DNA of 18,250 nt from Tubiluchus corallicola (Eukaryota > Animalia > Priapulida). The notes beneath the pieces were generated by a model that saw only the letters and a list, made by a program, of their open reading frames with translations, was not told the DNA's origin and searched no databases. The stretch spans positions 1-18,250 of the forward strand of contig JAQGDQ010002495.1 of assembly GCA_030141605.1 (NCBI GenBank), written 5' to 3'. Position numbers and translations under genes: made by a program. Below, in pieces: positions 7,867 through 15,991 of this stretch; the stretch's first letter is position 1; every line of letters starts with the position of its first letter.

Positions 7867-10138
7867 TCATTGAATCATTTTCATGTGTCTTGCCATCCAA
7901 TAAGGGAATAGCCAAAAAGTAGGTTTAGATTCTGTTCTTCCATTATTTCCTTTTACAGCTCCCCAAGGGTTGTTAGATCGCCATTCTGATCTTTCACTTG
8001 GTGGCAAAAGAATGTGAGTTTGCACCCTTCCATCTAGTACTGGGCTTCTAACCAATTTCACATCTTCTCTAATCGTTTGGTTAGTAGTCCAAGATATCAA
8101 ATCAAGAGGTGTATCTTGCAAAAATGCAATGGTGTTATCTAGTTCTGCCATTTTATCTCTAGAGTAGCAATATATTAAGTTATAAAATGGATATTTATCG
8201 TGCTTTCTAAGGTCTTCAAACCATATATCTATAAAGTCTTCATATTCTTTTTTTAGTTTAGGGTCTTTTTCACACTTCAGCAGAATAGGAAGAACATGTG
8301 AGGCTAAATTGGCATCAATATAAGTATAAAATGCTGGATTTGGATTAAGCACAGGTTTTGCATTTTCAAAATAGTGCTCTTCATTTCTTAACCTCAAATA
8401 TTCATTTTGATATTTCTCATCTTCTGTCATGTGGTAAGCAAGCTTTAAATATGCTAACATTTCTAAGGAATTTAAAGGTTTTTCAGGTATCCATTCTGGA
8501 TCTCTATTAAGTTGCTCAGGCGACCAAACTCCCCACTTTGTAGAACTACCATCTATATCTACAAAATTGTAGTCGTGCAATATTAAATAATCTACAATTC
8601 TCTTAACGTGATTTCTTACATGTTTTTTGTCTTCTTCCGTTGCCGCATATTCATAATAAAAATAATATCCCATCATATGACCACACATTTCATCACTACT
8701 TGTATCTCCCTTCCAAAACCATTTTCCGTCCTTACTTATCCGCCACCTGTTCTCTACAGGCTTGTGGCGAGGATTTTTTACCAATTCATCTGCAATTTGT
8801 TGTGGAGTGTATGTTCTATTTCTATCATGTACATTATCGTTCCAACTTGAAGGCACTATAGTTCTTGCAAAAAAGCCTTCTGTCTCTGTAACCTCTTGGA
8901 AATACTTTAACATGGCAAAAGCTTTATCTGCATTCTCCTTAGCCTGTGGTTTTTTGGTTACAGCATATCTAAATGATTCCGTTGCCAAAAGCATACCTGT
9001 CCTCATGCCATCATTATCAGTGTCTGTTTCCGCATATTCAGAAACATCTCCAGGAGTTGGCAGCACACAGATAACTGATACGAAAGGTGCTCTAAAATGT
9101 CTTTTTTCCAATACATCATGGAAATAGTCTGCCTTTTCTTCTAAAGTCATCATTCGCCTTTTTATAGCACTTACTCCGCCCGCTGTGGCTATCCATGCAT
9201 TGCCGTTGCTATCAAATGCTATGTCTCTAACTTCATCATTCACTAACCAGCGCTTACTAAATCTTACTGATTTTGTGCCGTCTGCATAAAAGCGAGTAAT
9301 ACCCACCTGAGAACCAACCCACATTGTTTCGTTTGGTGAGAGCCTTACTGTGGTTACATCAGCTGTGGTCACTCCTGTTTCATTTGGCAATATCTCGCTT
9401 TGCTTTTTGTGTTTATCTCTTATTGTGATCCCTCCTAATCCTGCTACCCATAACTTACCTTTGGGGTCAAATGATAAACCATTCGTATAGCAACTTATTA
9501 ATTCATCCGTATTGTGATATAGAGTGTATTTTTCATCCTTGCAATGATATAACCCAACGTCTGTTGCTACCCATAAACCGCCATTATTATCCGACAAGAC
9601 ATCTCTTACACTACGAGCTATATTATAGTTTTGGCGATTCCACAAATTGCCTTTGTCTGACGAATACCAAATACCTTTGGGGCCTAAGGCATAAACACCT
9701 TCGCTAGCAATACATATTTTTGAAATAGGTGCCGCTGGAGTTGAATGTTTTTTTAATGTATTATTAGAATAGCTATACAGTGCATTCCAGGTGCCTAACC
9801 ATACTGTGCCATCATCTGCTATTTTAACATCATAGCCGGGACCTTTATCTTTTTGGACTGTAATTATTGCTTTCCATTCATTATGAGCAGCTTGCTTGGC
9901 AAATATACCTGAACGGGTGGCTATCCAAACATTAGATTCTTTGTCTACTGCAATGCCTCTTACATCGTTCATAGATGGATCTGAGAAGGGAAATCCCTCA
10001 TGGTACTCTTGCACGAATGCTTCGTCTTTATGAGGAACTTCGGTGGTGTTTGTTGATTTGTTTTTATGATTGTCGCAAGCAAAACACCAGAAAACTCGCA
10101 ATAATCACCTTTGTTTTAAGGGGGATTAAGAATTTCAT
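7867..10138 (-). CDS. Putative lipoprotein: regulator-type beta-propeller plus uncharacterised helical (glycosidase-like) domain; signal peptide out of frame by 1 nt
   Basis: ORF 7867-10101 has blades (IAVDKESNVWIATRSGI, DNNGGLWVATDVGL, FDPKGKLWVAGLGGI, IAFDSNGNAWIATAGGV), then about 430 aa with DNDG and WKGDTSSDE. ATG 10138 gives MKFLIPLKTKVIIASFLVF, which joins ACDNHK (lipobox VFAC) if one base is removed. Confidence 0.82.
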
Positions 10139-10180
10139 TTTTTATAAATTTTTATATGTTAACAAAAGTTTTTCCAAAAA

Positions 10181-11937
10181 CTACTTAATTATTGTAAATG
10201 TATCCTCTTCTTTGTTATCCTCGTTATATGCTTTGTAAACTAACTTGTTTCCATCAATAGTGAAATATTGGTAGAATGATTTTCCTGATTTGAAGACCTC
10301 TACCCATGGTTGAATTTCAAATGTTTTTGAATGGGTATAGATGTAAGGTAAATTGTGCCTTCAGAAGGTTTCTTCACAATTTTTTGGTTATTGATATATT
10401 TAGAACGCATATAGTAGTGTACATGCCCACTCATGACAACATCTACATGGTACTTATCAAAAAGTTTTCCCCATTTGTCTCTAATCTCAAAATAATCTTC
10501 ATCAAGGGAATAAGGAGGAAAATGAAAAACAGCAAATTTCCATGTTGCTTTTGTGTTTTTCAACTGCTCTTCTATCCACTCCGTTTGTTTTTCAATAGAA
10601 TATGTTGGGTCTATCATCAAAAATAGAGCATTAGAGTAGTTAAAGGAATATGTTCTTCCTTTTTCCATATTGTTAGGTCCATTGTGTGGCAATCTAAACA
10701 GGTCTAAAAACATCCACACACCTAATCCATCTTGGCTATCATGGTTCCCCAATGACGGCATAAGTGGTTTAAAACGAATGACATCTTTAGAATATTCAAA
10801 CAGCTCGTCCCAATCATCCCTATATAATCCTGTGCTTACATTATCACCTGCAATGGTGTAGAAAGCTGTTTCAGGAAAGCGTTGATAAGCGTTATTGATT
10901 AGCCTTCCCCAATGGGGTGAACGGTGAGCGTCGCCAAAATAAACAAATGAAAAAGAGGCTTCATCCAATGGAGCTGTTATAAACTCTGCCTCTTCGCTCC
11001 AAATATTTTTTATTGGATGGCCTACTTGGTATTTGTATTTAGTAGAGGGAGTTAAATCAGTGATAGTAACAGTAAATCTATTTATATATCTGTCATTTTG
11101 AAGCATTCTATCTTCAACTACAACTTTGCTAGCTTCTGCTACTTTTTTTTCTTCTTCGTTTTGCCAATATCTCACAACGCTATTTTCTATTGTGCTATTT
11201 GTTCTCCATTGGATAGTTTGAGTAGTTGCAGGAGAGTCCTCCCATGTAAGTAGAATTTGGTCAGGCTTTTCTGTAGAAGGAAAGGGAGTTTTCCTAAAAG
11301 CATTTATGGTATGTGCTTCTCTTGCTCGTCCTCTTATGGTTGTTAGCAACTTACTACCTATCAATTTCTCTGGTACTTGTGTAAATGTGAGTTCGTCCCA
11401 ATCGTGATAAACAAATGCTCCAACATCCATTATATGTACAGCTTGCTCTTCAGGAGAAAAATTAGAAATTATTACTTCTTTTGATGTGTCTATGGGTGCT
11501 ATTGTCACAAAATAATGTACTCTCTCTTTATCAAATCCATTGATCCCTAATTCTACTTTTCCTTTTTTGAACCGTTTTTGCCACACTTCATATTCATAAT
11601 GCTCATTTTTTACTACCATATCTGTCTTTTCAAACCCTTTCTCTTCTATCCAAAATGGCACTACTTTTTGCCTGGCAAATCTCATGACAGAAATTATAGA
11701 TGGTTGACTAATATCAAAGCACCAATATTTGTCAGATAGTATTTTTTTCTCTTTTTCTGTTAAAAACTCTAACATAAATTTAGTATCAATACTATCAAGT
11801 TGTTTTGGAGACAATTTTTCATAAAGACGTGTTACAACACTGTCCATGACATTTTTTACATTTGTATTTTCAAGTTTATGCTCACAGCTTAAAAACAGTA
11901 GCATGGCAAAAAGAAAGATAATTATTTTTATTCTCAT
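10181..11937 (-). CDS. Purple acid phosphatase-like metallophosphoesterase lipoprotein (unknown N-terminal domain + Fn3-like + calcineurin-like domain); frameshift near 10324-10328
   Basis: Lipobox FLSC (Cys18); PAP N-domain PDQILLTW..TIQWRT..LTPSTKYKYQVG; metal motifs FGDAH, AGDNV, GNHD, FHFPPY, SGHVH. ORF track ends at 10300, but the typical C-terminus (FYQYFTIDGNKLVYKAYNEDNKEEDTFTIIK*) continues in another frame to TAG 10181. Confidence 0.9.
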
Positions 11938-11943
11938 TATGTC

Positions 11944-13365
11944 TTAAGTGATTGTGTTACGGTGAGTGATTTTTAGTTTCTTTTTTAGTTCTTCAAATGT
12001 ATGTTTAAAATTAGGGTCCGTATCGCATAGATTACTAACAACTTGTATGGCATGAATAACTGTGCTATGGTCTCGCTTACCAAAATAATTTCCAATTGAC
12101 TTTAAAGAGTGCTTTGTATATTTTTTTGCAAAACACATGGATAGCTGCCGCGGAATGACAAATTCTTGTTTTCTGGATTTACTTAACATGTCTTGCAATG
12201 AGATGTTGAAAAACTTAGCTATAACTTTTTGGATATAGTCTATATCCACTTCCATTTCTACATTATGAATAGTTTTTTTCAATACTTCTTGGGCTAACTC
12301 CAACGTGATTTCTTGTTTTGCTAAAGAAGAGTACGCTAAAAGGGCAATTATTACGCCTTCTATGTCTCTTATGTTAGTGTCAACACTGTAGGCTACATAT
12401 TCTATCACATTTTCAGGAAGTTCTATCTCTTCGTTCCTTATTTTCTTTAAAATAATGGCTTTTCGTGTTTCATAATCAGGAGATTGCATATCACTTACCA
12501 ACCCCCATTTAAATCTTGAAACTAAGCGCATCATTACATCACTTAAATCTTTTGGCGGCCTATCACTTGTCATTATAATTTGCCTATTTGCTTGGTGCAA
12601 ATGATTAAAAATATGAAAGAATATTTCTTGCGTTTTTTCTTTACCACTAAAAAATTGAACATCATCAATGATTAAAACATCTACTTGCATATAATAGCTT
12701 GCAAAGTTTTGAATATTATTTGAACGTATGGCGTCAAAAAATTGATTAGTAAACTTTTCTGAAGAAACATAAATTACAAATTTATCTTCATGCTTTTTCA
12801 ATATTTCATTGCCTATAGCTTGAACAAGATGCGTTTTGCCTAGTCCAACATCACTATATACAAATAGTGGATTAAAAGAGGTCACCCCTGGGCTATTTGC
12901 AATGGCAATACCTGCCGAGCGTGTAAGTCGATTACAATCCCCTTCTATAAAATTGTCAAAAACATAGCTAGCGTTTAGGTTGGGCTTTCTATCTCTCTCA
13001 TCAACAGCTTTTATATCAAATGGCGTTTTGTCAACGACTTTTTTGGGATCTTTTACTCTTGGAGGAACATTAACTACATTGTAGTTTTCTTCTACCTTTA
13101 TTGAGTATTCTATGTTGATGTCAGTTTTCAAGAGCTTTTCAAGTATTGTTCTCAATAAACCTACATAGTTTTCTTCGATGTGTTCATAAAAAAATTGACT
13201 TGGCACTTGTATCATCAACGTGCTGTTGTCAAGCTTTATAGGTTTTATGGGCAAAAACCATGTTTCAAAGCTATGTGTACCCACAGTAGCTTTAACTTCT
13301 GTTAAGCATTGCTGCCAAACATTCATTAAGTGTTGGTTCTTTTTCGGTTTTTCTACCCCTTGCAT
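11944..13365 (-). CDS. dnaA: Chromosomal replication initiator protein DnaA
   Basis: Domain I (SFETWFLPIKP, QVPSQFFYEHIEENY), AAA+ (FDNFIEGDCNRL, FNPLFVYSDVGLGKTHL, LIIDDVQF, TQEIFFHIFNHLHQ, RLVSRFKWGL, NIRDIEG), domain IV (IGNYFGKRDHSTVIHA). Confidence 0.99.
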   Translation of the reverse strand: MQGVEKPKKNQHLMNVWQQCLTEVKATVGTHSFETWFLPIKPIKLDNSTLMIQVPSQFFYEHIEENYVGLLRTILEKLLKTDINIEYSIKVEENYNVVNVPPRVKDPKKVVDKTPFDIKAVDERDRKPNLNASYVFDNFIEGDCNRLTRSAGIAIANSPGVTSFNPLFVYSDVGLGKTHLVQAIGNEILKKHEDKFVIYVSSEKFTNQFFDAIRSNNIQNFASYYMQVDVLIIDDVQFFSGKEKTQEIFFHIFNHLHQANRQIIMTSDRPPKDLSDVMMRLVSRFKWGLVSDMQSPDYETRKAIILKKIRNEEIELPENVIEYVAYSVDTNIRDIEGVIIALLAYSSLAKQEITLELAQEVLKKTIHNVEMEVDIDYIQKVIAKFFNISLQDMLSKSRKQEFVIPRQLSMCFAKKYTKHSLKSIGNYFGKRDHSTVIHAIQVVSNLCDTDPNFKHTFEELKKKLKITHRNTIT

Positions 13366-13402
13366 AAAAACTACATTATAATAAGTTAATGGTTTAAGAA
13401 GA

Positions 13403-13410
13403 CAAAAGTA
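13403..13410 (-). promoter_or_regulatory. Bacteroidota -7 element (TACTTTTG) upstream of dnaA
   Basis: Exact TAnnTTTG 37 nt before ATG 13365; a TTG lies 20 nt further upstream (13431-13433). Confidence 0.6.
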
Positions 13411-13538
13411 TCTTATTTTTTTTACAAATTCAATTTTATTTTCACTCTTGTCTTTTTTTAAATTTCTCTATAATGCATACCTAAAAAAATCACCTTGAAC
13501 AATTCTGTATCTTCAGTGTAGGTATTTTCAAAAAATCA

Positions 13539-14219
13539 CTATCTTGAAAACGAAACTTGTTGTTTTTTAAAATGCCTCAAAACGTGTTTGATAGATGCAT
13601 ATGTATTGTCCAAATACTCATCTATTTCTTCTTGTTTTTTCACCCAACATACTTGCTCTATGCCTTCTTTAGTTTCTGGTTTCATAAACCTATCATCTAA
13701 ACATGACATAGAGTACCATTTTGTCTTTTTTAACATTTTTTTTCCTCCTGAATTTTTATATACATGCCATGTGTCGCATATTTTACGTTCTATGCTCGCT
13801 TTTATGTTGCACTCTTCCTCTACCTCCCTTATAGCTCCTTTTTTTGAAGTTTCATTAAAATTGAGCTTTCCTTTGGGTAAGTCCCATTTTCCCAAGCGAA
13901 AAATCAATAGTACGCTATCTGCATTGTGCACGACCCCTCCGGCTGCTCGGATTACCATATATTTTTCTTTAATTGTACGAATAATTTTATCTTTTTCATC
14001 AGATAAAATTGTAAGCGATTTTAGCTTCAATGGTGGGTTTTTTCTTATAATTTTAAAAAAATCTAAGCACTCTTCAATGGTAGCTTTTTTGACTAAAACT
14101 TGGTTTTTCAACTTGATAAAATCTATTTTTTCTGTACTATCAAAAACCTTACTATACTTGTTGGCGCTTTTTGCATTCTTTTTAATTTCAAATAATATGT
14201 TATTAACAAAAATTTTCAT
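13539..14219 (-). CDS. NUDIX hydrolase (diadenosine polyphosphate hydrolase-like, Bacteroidota type)
   Basis: AAGGVV..LLIFRLGKWDLPKG followed by the Nudix box G-KLNFN-E-TSKKGAI-REVEEECNI. Confidence 0.93.
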   Translation of the reverse strand: MKIFVNNILFEIKKNAKSANKYSKVFDSTEKIDFIKLKNQVLVKKATIEECLDFFKIIRKNPPLKLKSLTILSDEKDKIIRTIKEKYMVIRAAGGVVHNADSVLLIFRLGKWDLPKGKLNFNETSKKGAIREVEEECNIKASIERKICDTWHVYKNSGGKKMLKKTKWYSMSCLDDRFMKPETKEGIEQVCWVKKQEEIDEYLDNTYASIKHVLRHFKKQQVSFSR

Positions 14220-14250
14220 ATCCTCAAATAAAAGTTTTTTTTCTTTTAAA

Positions 14251-14258
14251 CAAAATTA
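14251..14258 (-). promoter_or_regulatory. Bacteroidota -7 element (TAATTTTG) upstream of NUDIX gene
   Basis: Exact TAnnTTTG 31 nt before ATG 14219; very AT-rich context lowers specificity. Confidence 0.5.
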
Positions 14259-14369
14259 TAAAACAGAAAATAATAATAAAATATTTTTAATTAGTTGCCT
14301 CGTTGGATTTCGGGGATATCAAATAAAAACATCTTATTGTATTCTTTTTTTTTACTATCATGCTGCACT

Positions 14370-15269
14370 TTACCACAACTTGGGCGGATAGATTCCGTTT
14401 TGTACAAGTTTACTTATCTCTTTTTGTGCCTTTTCTTTATCTTCTGAATAAGTCACTCCAAACCATTGGCTATCTGTTTCCAATACTTTTTACCTACCTT
14501 TGCCTTCTTTAATTAGTTCATTTACTGCCGATGGTATTAGAAACTCTTCTTTCAAGCTGTTTTTATGTTTTTTCAAAAATACTTCAAAATATTCTTCTAA
14601 TATTTCAAATATTGTTGGTGAAAAAGCAAACATATTCATTGAAACTGATTGTTTTTCAGATAATGGCACTCTTATGCCTCCTTCCTCTGATACTATCTGT
14701 CCACCTTTATCTTTATATATCTTTAACTTTTCTTCTACTGACTTCAAATAACCATTAGCATCATATTGGCACACTCCCCTTGACACTGATCCGTGTTCTG
14801 ATAAGGTATGATGGAGTTGATAGCTTATTAGACAATGCTCAGCGGAGTTAGGAATGCTGGTTAAAGCATTGTGTAGCATTTTTATTGCATTTCTTCCGTA
14901 AAAGTCATCTGCGTTAATCATTCCAAAAGAAGTATCTATATGTTTGCGTGCACACAAAACAGCGTGACCTGTTCCCCAAGGTTTTATCCTTTCAGCATTA
15001 CCTTTGAATTTCTCAGGAATATCGGAGAGTTCTTGATAGGCGTATTCTACCTTAATTTTATCGGAAAACTTTTCTTGAATAATGTTTGTTACTGCCTCTT
15101 CTATCTCTTTTTTAATTAAAAAAACAACCTTTCCAAATCCCGAATTTATGGCATCATATACAGAATATTCCATGATAGTTTCTTTATTAGGACCAAAACC
15201 ATCTACTTGTTTTAGTTTTTTGTATCGAGACCCCATGCCTGCTGCTAATATTAATAGTGTTGGCTTCAT
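14370..15269 (-). CDS. Sugar-phosphate nucleotidyltransferase (NTP_transferase family), 299 codons with one internal in-frame TAA at 14490-14492
   Basis: LLILAAGMGSRY..LKQ, YSVYDA, KPWGTGHAVL, INADDFYG, GSVSRGVC, VSMNMFAF; after the TAA the same frame reads KVLETDSQWFGVTYSEDKEKAQKEISKLVQNGIYPPKLW*, the usual C-terminus of this family. Confidence 0.92.
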
Positions 15270-15307
15270 TATTCAGTAATTTATTAGTCTGCTAAAAGTT
15301 TTACAAG

Positions 15308-15315
15308 CAAATATA
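15308..15315 (-). promoter_or_regulatory. Bacteroidota -7 element (TATATTTG) upstream of nucleotidyltransferase
   Basis: Exact TAnnTTTG 38 nt before ATG 15269; no well-spaced -33 element. Confidence 0.55.
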
Positions 15316-15424
15316 CACTTTCTTTTACAAAAAGAAAACAGGTTTATAGACAATACTAAAAAGAAATTATTACTGGCAGCAGGACATAATAGGGCTTTAT
15401 TGCAATCGTTCTATTTTTTTGACT

Positions 15425-15979
15425 TTAGAGTGTGTTAGAGGTAGCATTATCTAACTCTTCTAAAAACCGCTCCGTTCTTCGTTTAGATTTAGAAACTGCA
15501 ACTCTTCCCGAACGTACATACTCTAATAACCCTAATGGTGTCAACACTTGCAATAGTTGTTGAATTTCGTGCATGTGTCCTGTTTTTTCTATAACAATAT
15601 ACTCCTTTTCTATTGCTAACACCCGTGCACTGTGCTGCCTAATGACGATATCTTCTATTTTCGTCCCTCCCAAAAACACTTCTGTTGGGAGCTTAAACAG
15701 TGCTATTTCTTGATAGTGGATATCTTTTTCTTCATACACAAACGCCCCTATCACTGCAATATGTTTTCTTATTTGCTTTACAATTTTCTGTACTTGTTCT
15801 TGTGTGGTAGTAATAACAATAGTATACCTGCTAATGCCCTCAATTTCAGATGGAGAGGCATTAATCATTTCTATGTTTATTTTTCTACGTGTAAAAACAA
15901 TTATTACGGTATTAAGTAAACCCGGCTTGTTTTCTGTTAAAATAGAGAGGGTATATCTTTTTTGTTTTGTATTATCCAT
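15425..15979 (-). CDS. ilvN: Acetolactate synthase small (regulatory) subunit
   Basis: ACT domain YTLSILTENKPGLLN..FTRRKINIE; IVIEKTG, EYVRSGRVAV; 12 nt downstream of ilvB. Confidence 0.96.
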   Translation of the reverse strand: MDNTKQKRYTLSILTENKPGLLNTVIIVFTRRKINIEMINASPSEIEGISRYTIVITTTQEQVQKIVKQIRKHIAVIGAFVYEEKDIHYQEIALFKLPTEVFLGGTKIEDIVIRQHSARVLAIEKEYIVIEKTGHMHEIQQLLQVLTPLGLLEYVRSGRVAVSKSKRRTERFLEELDNATSNTL

Positions 15980-15991
15980 ATCATTATGTGT

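Noticed and set aside
9150-10000. Hybrid two-component sensor
   Set aside because: Propeller blades are present, but there is no TM helix, histidine kinase, receiver or AraC domain.
13366-13538. oriC next to dnaA
   Set aside because: No consensus DnaA boxes seen, the gap is short, and only 6 nt lie downstream of dnaA.
14298-14315. Small GC hairpin CCTCG-N8-CGGGG after the nucleotidyltransferase
   Set aside because: Only 5 bp, and mismatched on the transcribed minus strand; too weak to call a terminator.
13588-14391. 267-aa plus-strand ORF antisense to the NUDIX gene
   Set aside because: F/L/S/I-rich mirror of a Lys-rich gene with no motifs; shadow ORF.
14490-14492. Alternative genetic code or stop reassignment
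   Set aside because: TAA, TAG and TGA all end intact genes here at expected positions; other lesions are frameshifts, not in-frame stops.
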